From an uncultured delta proteobacterium (lineage in GTDB: Bacteria; Desulfobacterota; Binatia; Binatales; Binataceae), in NCBI GenBank assembly GCA_963842085.1, contig CAWJET010000001.1, forward strand, positions 352,001 through 416,000: a stretch of DNA of 64,000 bases, read 5' to 3'. The notes beneath the pieces are model-generated. The model did no database searches. It was not told the DNA's origin and saw only the letters and a program-made list of their open reading frames with translations. Shown here one piece after another: positions 29,589 to 39,978 of this stretch; position 1 is the first letter of the stretch; every line of letters begins with the position of its first letter. A program made the translations under genes and the position numbers.

Positions 29589-29703
29589 TTGGAAAACTCC
29601 CTCGGGTTAGACGCAGCCCAGGAGATCAGTGCGGGATCGGGTTTTCAGGACGGCGACTTGGCCGGATTGCGACGCGAGTTCAGTGTGCCGCGCTCGCGTG
29701 GCG

Positions 29704-29898
29704 TCAGGCCGCCGCGTTGACTCCTCGCAGCTGACGTTTGACGGATGTTATATCGCGCTTGCGAAATCGCCACTGGCGGCCTTTCTTGAAGGCCGGAATA
29801 ACATTGCGCCGCGCAAATTCGTTCACCGTGTCAGGACTCAGGTCGAGCAGGAACGCAACTTCGCGGGAATTCAGCAGTATGTCGTCTTTATCGGCCAT
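29704..29898 (-). CDS. excisionase-like HTH DNA-binding protein
   Basis: LLNSREVAFLL...IPAFKKGRQWRF. Confidence 0.85.
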   Translation of the reverse strand: MADKDDILLNSREVAFLLDLSPDTVNEFARRNVIPAFKKGRQWRFRKRDITSVKRQLRGVNAAA

Positions 29899-30060
29899 GT
29901 CAGTCCAACAAGACGCCTTTCTTCAGGGATTTTGTCGGGACGCGATTTTTTAATATGCGCCCATCGCCGAAGTCAAGGTAAGAGGCGCCAGCTACCTGAA
30001 ATTTTGCGCACCGGTCCGCGAAATCGCCAAATTTACATCCTTTAGTTTCATTAACGTTCA

Positions 30061-31725
30061 CTAAACGCTGATCCTCGCCAGCTTCCGTATCGAAATCCGG
30101 TAGTCGTACCAGGCACGGGTGACCACAATACAGGAAAACAACCCGGTCAGCACTCCTACGCACAGAGTGACGGCAAAGCCTTTGACCGGACCCGTTCCGA
30201 ACTGGAACAGGATCAGTCCCGCCGCGAAGGTCGAGATGTTGGAGTCGCGAATCGCCGACCACGCGCGTTCATAGCCGAGCTTCACCGCCTCGCGCGGGGA
30301 CTTGCCGTTGCGCAACTCCTCGCGCATGCGCTCGTTCACCAGCACGTTGGCGTCGACCGACATGCCCAGCGTCAGCACGATCCCGGCGATGCCGGGCAGG
30401 GTCAGCGTGGCGCCCAGCGCCGCCATCACGCAGATCAGCAGCAGGATGTTCAGCGACAGCCCGAAATCCGCGAGCAGACCGGCGCCACTATAGTAAATCG
30501 CCATGAAGATCAGCACGGCGCCCGCGCCGATCACGAACGACAGCTCGCCCTGGCGAATCGAATCGCGGCCGAGCGACGGACCCACCGTGCGCTCCTCCTC
30601 GATTTCGACCGGCGCCGGCAGTGCGCCCGAGCGCAATACGATGGCGAGGTCGTGCGCCTCTTCCATCGAGAAGCGTCCTGTAATCTGCACGTGACCGCCG
30701 GGGATTCGCTCCTTGATTACGGGCGCCGAATACACGGTGTTATCCAGCACGATCGCCAGACGCCGGCCGACGTTTTCCGCCGTCATCGCGTCGAAGATGC
30801 CGGCGCCGCGCGCGTCGAGGTCCACCGCCACGTATGGACCCTCGAGCCGCCCGCCGGGGCGCACGCGTGCGTCGGTAACGACGTCGCCGGTCATCAGCAC
30901 GGGCGACTCGACCAGGTACGGCTCGCGGCCACCGCTCTCCGAGGGCCCGTAAAGGATTTCGTCGCCGGGCGGCGGGCCGTTCTTGATCGCCTCCTCGACG
31001 CTCTTGGAGTCGTCAACCAGTTTGAATTCGAGCACGGCCGTCTTGCCAATCAGCTCCTTGGCGCGTTCGGGATCCTGGATACCGGGAAGTTGCACCAGGA
31101 TTTCGTTGTCGTCTTCTTTGGCAACGGTGGTTTCGCGCACACCGAGCTGGTCGATTCGATTGCGAATCGTTTCCAGCGCCTGATCCATCGCGTTGGACCG
31201 AATCGTCTGCAACTCCTGCGGCTTGTAGGCGAGCGCATACGCCGGACCGGGACTGGACGAATCGGAGTTGCTCGACACGGTCAAATCCGAGAACGATTTC
31301 TGCGCGAGATCGAGGAACGGCGTGCGATCGGCGCTCGACTTGAGCTTGACCGTCAGGTTGCCGGATTTGTCGACCGCCACATCGTCGAAATCTATTTTGT
31401 TCGCCTTGAGCTCCTGCTTGAGGTCGTCGCCGCGGCGGCGCAGCTGGGTTTTCACCGCTTCGTCCAGCTGCACGGCCATCAGCAGATGGGTCCCGCCCTG
31501 CAAGTCGAGGCCGAGCTGGATCTTGGTCGCACCGAATCCGGCCTTGAACCAATCAGGCAGCTCGATGTTGAGGCTCGGCAGCAGGATGAGAATCGCCGCC
31601 AGCACGATAGCGCCGGCCAGGTAGATGCGGGTGAGGCCGCTGCCGTTGGTGAAATGCATATAGAGAAAGGACACGATCAGCACGAGCAGAATCAGGATCG
31701 GTCCGAAACTTTGCGTCTGTTCCAC
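30061..31725 (-). CDS. secD: protein translocase subunit SecD
   Basis: LGLDLQGG, IRNRID, LRSGALPAP, TVGPSLG, DANV; start estimated at a GTG. Confidence 0.95.
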   Translation of the reverse strand: MEQTQSFGPILILLVLIVSFLYMHFTNGSGLTRIYLAGAIVLAAILILLPSLNIELPDWFKAGFGATKIQLGLDLQGGTHLLMAVQLDEAVKTQLRRRGDDLKQELKANKIDFDDVAVDKSGNLTVKLKSSADRTPFLDLAQKSFSDLTVSSNSDSSSPGPAYALAYKPQELQTIRSNAMDQALETIRNRIDQLGVRETTVAKEDDNEILVQLPGIQDPERAKELIGKTAVLEFKLVDDSKSVEEAIKNGPPPGDEILYGPSESGGREPYLVESPVLMTGDVVTDARVRPGGRLEGPYVAVDLDARGAGIFDAMTAENVGRRLAIVLDNTVYSAPVIKERIPGGHVQITGRFSMEEAHDLAIVLRSGALPAPVEIEEERTVGPSLGRDSIRQGELSFVIGAGAVLIFMAIYYSGAGLLADFGLSLNILLLICVMAALGATLTLPGIAGIVLTLGMSVDANVLVNERMREELRNGKSPREAVKLGYERAWSAIRDSNISTFAAGLILFQFGTGPVKGFAVTLCVGVLTGLFSCIVVTRAWYDYRISIRKLARISV

Positions 31726-31738
31726 TATAATGAAGCCC

Positions 31739-32101
31739 CTACTTGTCTTCTTTCTTCGACGACGCCTTGCCGTGGCTCGACATCCCGGCAATTTGCGAGC
31801 GTTCAACCCGCACCTTGACGTTGGGCGCAACTTCGAGCGTGAGCACCTTCTCGCCGACCTCGTGTATCCGCCCGATCATTCCGCCGGTGGTCACGACTTC
31901 GTCATTGCGCTTGAGCCCGCTCAGCATTTTGGCCTGTTCCTGCGCCTTCTTGTTCTGCGGGCGGAGAATCAGGAAGTACATGACGCCGACGACCAGCGCC
32001 AGAACCGGCCCCGGGCCGGTCATCAATTGTTCGAGAAACGACGGATTGGCGGCTTGCCCGGCGGCGGCGGCCTGCGCCCATGCGGTGCCTTCGAACAACA
32101 T
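31739..32101 (-). CDS. yajC: preprotein translocase subunit YajC
   Basis: YFLILRPQ, DEVVTTGG; between tgt and secD. Confidence 0.95.
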   Translation of the reverse strand: MLFEGTAWAQAAAAGQAANPSFLEQLMTGPGPVLALVVGVMYFLILRPQNKKAQEQAKMLSGLKRNDEVVTTGGMIGRIHEVGEKVLTLEVAPNVKVRVERSQIAGMSSHGKASSKKEDK

Positions 32102-32151
32102 CAGTACGGGTCCTTAAAATCGATCAAGCTCAGGTCTCCCGGAAGGAAGCA

Positions 32152-33282
32152 TCACTCTTCGGCCGTTTCGTTTTCGTTGTCCCAGCCGGCCGATGCCACC
32201 ATCGCAAACGCCTTGAAATTGCCCGACGCGATAGCATCGCGGCAATCGCGCATCAAGCTCGCATAGAAGTGCAGATTATGCTCCGTCAGCGCGCGCGCCG
32301 CGAGAATCTCTCCCGATAAATATAGATGACGCAGGTAGGCGCGTGAATGGGTCCGGCACGGCCGGCATTCGCAGGCCGAATCGAGCGGCATCGAGTCGCG
32401 CGCGTGCGCGGCCTGCTTGATCGCAATACGTCCCCGGCTGGTGAAGGCCATCCCGTTGCGCGCGTTGCGCGTCGGCAGCACGCAGTCGAACAGGTCGAAG
32501 CCCATCACGATCGCTGCGAGCAAATCCCTGGGCGTGCCTACGCCCATCAGGTAGCGCGGCTTGTCGGCCGGCATCATCGAAGCCGACAGCGCCGCCATCT
32601 CGAGCATCGCGGCCTTCGGCTCGCCGACCGAAAGTCCGCCCGCCGCGTAACCGTCGAACTCTAGCGAGGTTATCTGCGCCGCACTTAGCTTGCGCAGATC
32701 TTCGAAGATGCTGCCCTGGATGATTCCGAACAGCGCCTGGCTCGTGCTCGTGCGCGCTGCGAGGCTGCGCTCGGCCCATCGCGCCGTGAGTTCGAGCGAT
32801 TTGAGCGCGCGGCGATGTTCGGCCGGGTAAGGCGTGCACTCGTCGAGCGCCATCATGATGTCGGCGCCGAGCTGTTGCTGGATGTCGATTGCGCTTTCCG
32901 GCGTGAGCATCAACGGCGCGCCGTCGAGATGAGAGCGAAAGCGGATTCCCTCTTCATTAATCGAATTGATCTTCGCCAGGCTCATCGCCTGGAACCCGCC
33001 CGAGTCGGTCAGCACCGCGCCGGGGAATCCCATGAAGCGCGCGACTCCCCCCATCTCGCGAATCAGCTCGGCGCCCGGGCGAATCGCGAGATGGTACGCG
33101 TTGGCCAGCACCATCGTGTAGCCCATCGCCCACAACTCGTCGGGCGCCATCGCCTTGACTGCGGCGCGCGTGCCGACCGGCATGAAGGCGGGCGTCGCGA
33201 TCGCGCCGTGGGGCGTCGCCAGCCGCCCGGTGCGCGCGTCGCCCTCCACCGCCGTGACGCCGAATTCGATTGGCGCGCCCAT
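32152..33282 (-). CDS. tgt: tRNA-guanine transglycosylase
   Basis: TPAFMPVGT, TDSGGFQ, PRYLMGVG, FDCVLPTR, CxCxxC...HN zinc site. Confidence 0.97.
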   Translation of the reverse strand: MGAPIEFGVTAVEGDARTGRLATPHGAIATPAFMPVGTRAAVKAMAPDELWAMGYTMVLANAYHLAIRPGAELIREMGGVARFMGFPGAVLTDSGGFQAMSLAKINSINEEGIRFRSHLDGAPLMLTPESAIDIQQQLGADIMMALDECTPYPAEHRRALKSLELTARWAERSLAARTSTSQALFGIIQGSIFEDLRKLSAAQITSLEFDGYAAGGLSVGEPKAAMLEMAALSASMMPADKPRYLMGVGTPRDLLAAIVMGFDLFDCVLPTRNARNGMAFTSRGRIAIKQAAHARDSMPLDSACECRPCRTHSRAYLRHLYLSGEILAARALTEHNLHFYASLMRDCRDAIASGNFKAFAMVASAGWDNENETAEE

Positions 33283-34310
33283 CAGAGGATCAACATCGCG
33301 TCACCGTAGCTGAGGAAGCGGTAGCGATGGCGAACGGCTTCGCGGTACGCGGCCAGAAGCTGATCGCGTCCCGCAAACGCCATCGCGAGCGCGAGCACTG
33401 TCGTTCGCGGCATGTGAAAGTTCGTCAGCATCGCGTCTGCCAGCTTGAAGCGAAAGCCCGGATGAATAAAGAGCCCGGTGAAGCCCTCGACATCGCCAGT
33501 TATCGCCCACGATTCGAGCGCGCGCGTCGAACTGGTGCCGACCGCAACGATACGGCCGCCGATGCGCCGCGCGTGTTCGATCGCGGCCTGGGTCGCGGGC
33601 GGAATCGTGTACCATTCGGACTCCATCGTGTGACTCTCGACGTCGACGGCGCGCACCGGCGCGAAAGTGCCGGGACCAATATGCAGCGTGACCGTGGCGG
33701 TGCGGATGCCCCCATCGGCCAGCGCCTTGAAAACCTCGCCGGTGAAATGCAGCCCGGCGGTGGGCGCCGCGATCGCACCCGGACGCGCGGCATACACGGT
33801 CTGGTAGTCGTCGATGTCGGCGGGACCGACGGTACGATGAATATAGTGCGGCAGCGCGAGCGTGCCGTCGAGCTGCAGTATCTGTTCGATCGAAGTATCG
33901 CCCTCGGCGACGACGATCGGTCGCCCCGGTCGCGCATAGCCGGCGATTCTCAGCGCATGACCGTCGTCCAGGATGAGCCGCGCGTTGTCTTTGAGCACGC
34001 GATGCGTGCGGATCAGCGCGAGCCACGCGCCGGCGGGACCTTCAGCCGCCCCGACCGGCCGCACCATCAGCAACTCGACGCGTCCGCCGGATTCCTTATG
34101 CGCGAACAGGCGCGCCGGCAGCACGCGCGTGTCGTTGAGCACGATCAGGTCGCCTTCGCGCAGGTGACGGACGAGTTTGTAAAAGCGGGAATGCTCGAGC
34201 GATTTGGATTTGCGGTCGAGCACGAGCAGGCGCGCCTCGTCGCGGCGGGCCAGCGGCTCCTGCGCAATCAGTTCCTCGGGCAAATCGTAGTCTAATTCGG
34301 AGAGGCGCAT
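33282..34310 (-). CDS. queA: S-adenosylmethionine:tRNA ribosyltransferase-isomerase
   Basis: YDLPEELIAQ, YQTVYA, AAPTAGLHF, TNFH, YRFLSYGDA. Confidence 0.97.
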   Translation of the reverse strand: MRLSELDYDLPEELIAQEPLARRDEARLLVLDRKSKSLEHSRFYKLVRHLREGDLIVLNDTRVLPARLFAHKESGGRVELLMVRPVGAAEGPAGAWLALIRTHRVLKDNARLILDDGHALRIAGYARPGRPIVVAEGDTSIEQILQLDGTLALPHYIHRTVGPADIDDYQTVYAARPGAIAAPTAGLHFTGEVFKALADGGIRTATVTLHIGPGTFAPVRAVDVESHTMESEWYTIPPATQAAIEHARRIGGRIVAVGTSSTRALESWAITGDVEGFTGLFIHPGFRFKLADAMLTNFHMPRTTVLALAMAFAGRDQLLAAYREAVRHRYRFLSYGDAMLIL

Positions 34311-34401
34311 CTGAGGCGAAGCAGAATCGTGATTCGCGCGCGACGCAAATCGCGCACCGTGTAACTACTCTCGATTGACCGGGACCGCGATCGCCGCGCG
34401 C

Positions 34402-35736
34402 TTAGAATGGATAGTTGATGCCGGAGAAGACGGCGGCGCCTTCGCCACCCCATCCGATGTCAACGTAGCCGACGACGAACGGCTCCGCGATGCCGCGGAA
34501 TCCGATGCCGCCGACCGGATGCAGATCCACAAACGGGTTGTAGCCCATATCGTGCGCGACGCGTCCCGCTTCGGCGAACGGCGCCAACTCGATTATCCCG
34601 TGGGTGCCGAAGATATTCTTGTCCCACACCCGCGTGCGCATCTCGAGGTTCATGACGAACAGGTTGTTGTCGATGTAGCGGCCGGTGCCGTAACCGCGCA
34701 GCGTTTCCTGATCGGTGAGCAGGCTCTCGTCGCCGCCAAGGCGCGCCTGCGACCAGAACGGCATCTCGTTGCCGGCTGGCTCGTACTCGTTGAAAACGTG
34801 CCCGGCAAGGGTAATGCGCTCGCCGACTGAATAGTACTCGCGAAATTCGCCGCCGAAGCGGTTGTACGATTGCGAGCTGCCAAAGCTGCGATCCGCGACG
34901 CCGTAGTAGAGCCGCCCGAGCTGTCCCGATCGCGGAATATCGACCGAATCCCGCGAGTCGTATTGCATCACCCACTGCGAAAGAATTTCGGTGCCGCCGT
35001 TGATGCCTTTCTGGTTCGGGAACAGCTGGAAAATCGAGGGCACCGAGTTGAAGCCGCCCTCCTGAATTCGCACGTAGCGCGGACGTTCGGTCATCGAGAG
35101 CTGCCACTTGTCGCTGAAATTCAGGCCAAAAATCGCCTCGCCATAGAGCTGCTCGGTCGTGTAGTTGCTTTGATTGCCCTCGTGCGAGTGGTTACCCAAC
35201 CCGTAAAATCGCTCGGTCGGATCTTTCTCGAAAAAAAAGCGCCCTTCAAATGACCACCACTTCTTGTGCTCGCGCCCGGTCTGATAGTCGAGGTCGACCT
35301 TGCGCGCGATCGTCTCCTGGGCGCCGGCGACCACGTACCAGTTGGTGTCAGACGAAGGATAGGCCAGGTAGCGAAAGTTGCCACCCGGTCCGAGCGTGCT
35401 GTTGGCGTTGATATCGGGCGCGAGGATGCTGCTGATCTCGCTCTTGTTGTCGGTGAACAGCCACACCGGCAGCACGCCGTAAGTGACGCCGCCGTTCGGA
35501 TCGGTCGCAACTTCAGGCACCGGGATGAACGGCCACGAGTTGGGATCCTGGGGTTTGAATGACTTCCAATCGTACTGCGGCATCGTCCAGGTGCTCGGGT
35601 CGAGCAGCGAGAACCGGGACGAAGACGTTGGCGCCGAAGAGTTCGAGGGTACTTGAGGGATCGAGTCGGCGTGCGCCGTAGCCACTGCAGCAACCAACGT
35701 GGTGATTAGAAAAAGGTAGGCGAGAGCGCGCCGCAT
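34402..35736 (-). CDS. BamA/TamA-like outer-membrane beta-barrel protein
   Basis: Signal peptide; LGG...LRGY motif; C-terminal aromatic residue (INYPF). Confidence 0.8.
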   Translation of the reverse strand: MRRALAYLFLITTLVAAVATAHADSIPQVPSNSSAPTSSSRFSLLDPSTWTMPQYDWKSFKPQDPNSWPFIPVPEVATDPNGGVTYGVLPVWLFTDNKSEISSILAPDINANSTLGPGGNFRYLAYPSSDTNWYVVAGAQETIARKVDLDYQTGREHKKWWSFEGRFFFEKDPTERFYGLGNHSHEGNQSNYTTEQLYGEAIFGLNFSDKWQLSMTERPRYVRIQEGGFNSVPSIFQLFPNQKGINGGTEILSQWVMQYDSRDSVDIPRSGQLGRLYYGVADRSFGSSQSYNRFGGEFREYYSVGERITLAGHVFNEYEPAGNEMPFWSQARLGGDESLLTDQETLRGYGTGRYIDNNLFVMNLEMRTRVWDKNIFGTHGIIELAPFAEAGRVAHDMGYNPFVDLHPVGGIGFRGIAEPFVVGYVDIGWGGEGAAVFSGINYPF

Positions 35737-36013
35737 CGTGAGATCCTGGAATTAAACTTTGCCTTTTGACATTCGGCTACTCCTCCCGCCGCTCCACCAC
35801 CCACAATCCGAGTGCCCGGATCCATCCGAGCCGGCTACACCGAACGATGCTTAAAGCTGACAGGCTTGCACGCGGCAATCAACCCTTTTGGCGCCGTTGG
35901 CACTGATGCATCTTGCAATTGGACCGTCACCACGCACGCGCGCTTTTCGGCGACGCCGTAAATGTGCAAGGATTCGGAGCAAGCGGGAAGATTTCCTCAA
36001 GAGGAGCTCGGTA

Positions 36014-37705
36014 ATGGCGAAAGCGGACGGCGGAGAATTAATCGCGCGCGTGATGCGCGAGAATCGGGTGAAGTATTGTTTCGCGATCAACGGCGGCCAT
36101 CTGTTTCCTATCCTCGGCCAGTTGCGCAACCACGACATCAAGCTCATCCACATGCGCCACGAGCAGGCCACCGCCTACGCCGCCGACGCCTACGCGCGCA
36201 CCTCGGGCGAGGTCGGAGTGTGCATGGTCACGGCAGGATGCGGCCTGACCAACGCGGTCACGGGTTTGTGCGTCGCGGGACTGACCAACAGCGCCGTGGT
36301 CTGCATCTCGGGACAGCATCCCAACACCGAAGACCATCTCGGCTCGTTCCAGGAGGCCTACGGCTCCGAGGTGGTTGCCAGCTTCTCCAAGTTCACCAAG
36401 CGCGTGACCGACTGGTCCACGATTCAGTTCGATCTGCGCTCCGCCTTCCGCGAGGCTATTTCGCCGCCGCAGGGCGTCGCGCTGTTCGAGATTCCGCAGA
36501 ACATCCTCTATCACCACGACGAGGACAACCGGCAGCGCAAGGGCGCGCGCGAGTTTACTATTGACGATGTCCGCTCCGCTGCGGATCCCGCCAAGATCGA
36601 TCGTGCGCTCGAGATGCTGGTGGCGGCCGAGCGTCCGCTGATTGCTTGCGGCGACGGCGTGTTCTGGTCGCAGGCCGGCGCCGAGATGCGCGAGTTCGTC
36701 GAGCTGACCAACATCCCGATTTACGCGCGCCGCGCAGGCCAGGGCGTGGTCTCTGAAGAGCATCCGCTGGCGATTCGCGGTGCGTTCAAGAAACCGTTCA
36801 CCGGCAACGCCGACGTCGTGCTCGCCATCGGCTTCCGCTTCTGGAGCGGCGAGCATTTCGGCCAGCCGCCCACCTGGACCGACAAGGGCAAGTATATCCA
36901 GATCGATCCCACGCCGACGCGAATCGGATGGCAGGTCAATGCGGACCTGCCGATGGTCGGCGACCCCAAGCTCGTGCTGCAGCAGATGATCAAGCGCATC
37001 AAGGAGCTCAAGCTCGACTTCTCGAAGAACAAGACGTCGCCGTGGGTCAAGCAGGTCTGGGAAACGCGCACGCGCTTCGACAATACGATCAAGGAGCAGA
37101 ACGCCAAGGTCCAGAAGAATCAGCCGATCCATCCGGCGCGCCTGTGCGAAGACCTGATCGCCGTGCTCGACAAAAACGCCACCACCGTCATCGACAGCTT
37201 CACGCTCTCGGGATGGATGAGCCGCGCGTTCACCTGCCGCTTCATGGGCCAGGTCGTCGACGCGGGCCCGCTAGCGCCCGTCGGTCACGGCGTAGGGATG
37301 GGCATCGGCGCGCAACTCGCGCGGCCGGGTCAGCAGGTGGTCGTGATCAGCGGCGACGGCGGACTCGGAATCGGCGGATGGGACATGGAGACCGCCGCGC
37401 GCTACAAGCTGCCGGTCATCACGGTGCTGTGGAACAACAGTTCATGGGGCCCGAACTTCGATCAGATGCCGGGGCTTAAGGGCCGCACCGATCCGTTCAA
37501 CATGCTGCCGAACATTCGCTACGACAAAATCTTCGCCGAGATGGGATGTCATGGCGAGCAGGTCGAGACCGTCGATCAGATCAAGCCGGCCCTGGAGCGC
37601 GCCTTCAAATCAGGCAAGCCCGCACTGGTAAACGTGATCGGCGACGTGACGGTGGGCAACGCAACCCTGGGCGGCAACCTGCTGGGCTCAACCGGCTCGA
37701 ACTAG
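36014..37705 (+). CDS. thiamine-diphosphate enzyme (acetolactate synthase / 2-hydroxyacyl-CoA lyase-like)
   Basis: RHEQATAYAADAYAR; GDGG...NN ThDP motif; GAGGAG RBS. Confidence 0.88.
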   Translation: MAKADGGELIARVMRENRVKYCFAINGGHLFPILGQLRNHDIKLIHMRHEQATAYAADAYARTSGEVGVCMVTAGCGLTNAVTGLCVAGLTNSAVVCISGQHPNTEDHLGSFQEAYGSEVVASFSKFTKRVTDWSTIQFDLRSAFREAISPPQGVALFEIPQNILYHHDEDNRQRKGAREFTIDDVRSAADPAKIDRALEMLVAAERPLIACGDGVFWSQAGAEMREFVELTNIPIYARRAGQGVVSEEHPLAIRGAFKKPFTGNADVVLAIGFRFWSGEHFGQPPTWTDKGKYIQIDPTPTRIGWQVNADLPMVGDPKLVLQQMIKRIKELKLDFSKNKTSPWVKQVWETRTRFDNTIKEQNAKVQKNQPIHPARLCEDLIAVLDKNATTVIDSFTLSGWMSRAFTCRFMGQVVDAGPLAPVGHGVGMGIGAQLARPGQQVVVISGDGGLGIGGWDMETAARYKLPVITVLWNNSSWGPNFDQMPGLKGRTDPFNMLPNIRYDKIFAEMGCHGEQVETVDQIKPALERAFKSGKPALVNVIGDVTVGNATLGGNLLGSTGSN

Positions 37706-37727
37706 CAGCTCGCATCCGAAAAATTCT

Positions 37728-38072
37728 GTTCCCCCTTTCCATTCCGGAAAGGGGGCCAGGGGGATAGGACGCAACGCGGTAGAATCGTCAGCCTCAAATC
37801 CGCTCTCTACCCTTTGTTCCCCCTTTCCACCAGCAGAAGTTCGGGGAACAACTTCCGTTCCCCCTTTCCATCCCGCCAAGGCTCTTGGCAATAGTTTCGG
37901 TTCCTCCTTTCCATCCCGGCAAGGCTCTTGGCAATAATTTCCGTTCCCCCTTTCCGTCCCGCCAAGGCTCTTGGGAACAATTCCGTTCCCCCTTTCCATC
38001 CTGGAAAGGGGGCCAGGGGGATAGGACAGCAGGACAGCACGACTTACGTAGTTTTGTTCCCCTTCCCCGGAA
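37728..38072 (+). repeat. REP-like cluster with a ~42-bp tandem array
   Basis: GTTCCCCCTTTCC variants at 37728, 37816, 37857, 37900, 37943, 37985 and 38056; full hairpin plus GGGGGATAGG tail at 37728 and 37985. Confidence 0.85.
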
Positions 38073-38123
38073 GGGGATTAGTCGGCAGTTGACAGTCATC
38101 GCAATCTGCGCTAATATTCATTC

Positions 38124-39029
38124 ATGCAGACGATAGACGCTTTCGACAAAGAGTTCCGCACCGAAGACGACTGCAAGAATTTCCTCATGCAGATGCGCTG
38201 GCCTGACGGCGTGCGATGCCCGCGATGCAAGAGCAAAGAGCGCATCTACGCTCTGAAGGCTCGACCATTTCATTGGGCGTGTTGCAACAAGGGTTGTGGC
38301 GAGCGGCGCGGCTATCGTTTTAGCGTCATCACAAAAACCATTTTTGAAAACACCAAAATCCCTCTCAAGCTTTGGTTCAAAGTAGCATTCCTGATTTTGA
38401 CCGCGAAGAAAGGAATCAGCGCTCTACAGGTCCATCGCGTGATCTTCGGAGAGGAATCGACGCACGCCTACCACACAAGCTGGTACGTCTGCATGCGCTG
38501 GCGTTGCGCGATGAAGGGCGACGTAATGCCGCTCGATGGAATTGTCGAGGTTGACGAAACTTTCGTCGGCGGGAAAGCGCAGAACATGCACGCCAGCAAG
38601 CGCAAAGCGCTCGCCTTGACCGGAACGAAAAACAAAGTCGCGGTCATTGGCGCAATCGCCCGCAAGGGAATGATCGTCGCAAAAGTGATCGAGAATACCG
38701 ATACCGCGACGCTCGATAGTTTCGTCCGCCAGACAGTTTCAAAAGACGTGAAGCTGGTCGCGACCGATGAACACTCCGGCTACCGGCTGTTGGGCGCGGA
38801 CATGGATCACCGCGTAGTCCGCCACGGTCAGGGCGAATACGTAGTCGGAACCACGCACGTCAATTCGATTGAATCGTTCTGGTCGCTGTTCAAGCGCGGG
38901 ATCATCGGCTCGTACCACAAAGTCAGCAAACAGTATCTTCCGCTCTACGTGAACGAATTTGCGTGGCGCTTCAACAACCGCAAGAACCCTGCGATGTTTG
39001 CTGACTTGATCCAAAGCGTCAGCCGCTAG
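38124..39029 (+). CDS. IS1595 family transposase
   Basis: RWPDGVRCPRC zinc ribbon, VEVDETFVGG, TDE...Y, HVNSIESFW, YVNEFAWRFN. Confidence 0.95.
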   Translation: MQTIDAFDKEFRTEDDCKNFLMQMRWPDGVRCPRCKSKERIYALKARPFHWACCNKGCGERRGYRFSVITKTIFENTKIPLKLWFKVAFLILTAKKGISALQVHRVIFGEESTHAYHTSWYVCMRWRCAMKGDVMPLDGIVEVDETFVGGKAQNMHASKRKALALTGTKNKVAVIGAIARKGMIVAKVIENTDTATLDSFVRQTVSKDVKLVATDEHSGYRLLGADMDHRVVRHGQGEYVVGTTHVNSIESFWSLFKRGIIGSYHKVSKQYLPLYVNEFAWRFNNRKNPAMFADLIQSVSR

Positions 39030-39061
39030 CCGCGCGAATCTGGAAGCGCTAAAGTATCGCG

Positions 39062-39235
39062 GTGACTTCCACCCGCGTTCGCAAATCTATAACCGCAAAA
39101 ACCCGCGCCGAGGACGATCGGCTAAGGGAAGAACTCCGACACGCCGACATCGGCAAGCTGAAAAAGCTGATGGCCCCGTTGATCGAACGGCCCGAACAAC
39201 CGAGGAAAGAACTATCGCGAAAGAAGCGCGGCTAA
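39062..39235 (+). CDS. 57-aa basic ORF downstream of the transposase
   Basis: Manual translation MTSTRVRKSITAKTRAEDDRLREELRHADIGKLKKLMAPLIERPEQPRKELSRKKRG*. Confidence 0.4.
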   Translation: MTSTRVRKSITAKTRAEDDRLREELRHADIGKLKKLMAPLIERPEQPRKELSRKKRG

Positions 39236-39410
39236 GTGGCGACAATCGGAATCATCTAACACAAAGGTTAGACTGACATCATTGTGTCTCGCGACGATTC
39301 TGGTGTATCCAGTTGCCTTCCCGCGCTCAACATAGATGCCGTGAATGTTCGGCGGGAACTTCACGACCCCGTTTTCAAGATGCTCCGTTCTGACAGCCTC
39401 GGAATCTTTT

Positions 39411-39737
39411 ATGCCTGAACCGGTAACTGCCATAAAAACAACCGCGACACTTCGAGAGTATTTGGCGACACTTCAAGAGCTTTGGAAATACGTTCGACAA
39501 CTCCGCAACACCATTGAGCAAGTCGCGGACCTTCAAGCGCGTGTTTCCACATTGGAGAAACAGTTAGAACGATGCCCCTCGGAAGGCTGTCCACACTGCC
39601 ATGAATTAGCGTTTGAAGTTGCATCATCAGAACAAGATAGTGGGCCCATAATCGAGCGTCAAATGAAGTGCCAACGCTGCGGATTTAAGGAACTTTGGTT
39701 CTTCAACCCGCTTTCGGGTAAAAGCAACCGAGGATGA
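39411..39737 (+). CDS. IS passenger: coiled coil plus CxxC...CxxC zinc ribbon protein
   Basis: CPHC...CQRC after a heptad-rich helix. Confidence 0.55.
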   Translation: MPEPVTAIKTTATLREYLATLQELWKYVRQLRNTIEQVADLQARVSTLEKQLERCPSEGCPHCHELAFEVASSEQDSGPIIERQMKCQRCGFKELWFFNPLSGKSNRG

Positions 39738-39747
39738 ACCTGGACGG

Positions 39748-39978
39748 TTACGCGGGGGGAGTCGTTACCGTGATCAAATTTCGCAGCCTAAATCCCGTTA
39801 CGTCAATGACTTGCGAGTTCTGCGCGGCCCCAAGAAGTTTCTTCGCTAAGTCGATGGCTTGGTCTTTGGTAAGCTGAAACGCAACGGTCTTCAGTTCTGA
39901 CATCTCTTTTTTAGTTTGCAGGACGGGATACACTTTCTGGCAGTTGATGTTTCCGTAAGATTTCCTTCGCGTGGGCAT
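39748..39978 (-). CDS. IS passenger: small hypothetical protein
   Basis: 76-aa ORF with GGGAGG RBS. Confidence 0.6.
   Translation of the reverse strand: MPTRRKSYGNINCQKVYPVLQTKKEMSELKTVAFQLTKDQAIDLAKKLLGAAQNSQVIDVTGFRLRNLITVTTPPA

Noticed and set aside
29704-29898. Prophage or integrative element marked by the excisionase-like gene
   Set aside because: No integrase, tRNA/att site or phage genes nearby
37816-38025. CRISPR array (GTTCCCC-starting repeats at regular spacing)
   Set aside because: Period is only about 42 bp, the inter-repeat segments are near-identical rather than unique spacers, there are no cas genes, and the units are REP half-sites
37688-38099. Repetitive short ORFs (WKGGTE-type)
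   Set aside because: Translations of the REP array, not plausible proteins
39212-39433. 73-aa minus-strand ORF inside the IS
   Set aside because: Overlaps two plus-strand ORFs and has no recognisable motif or clear RBS; left uncalled
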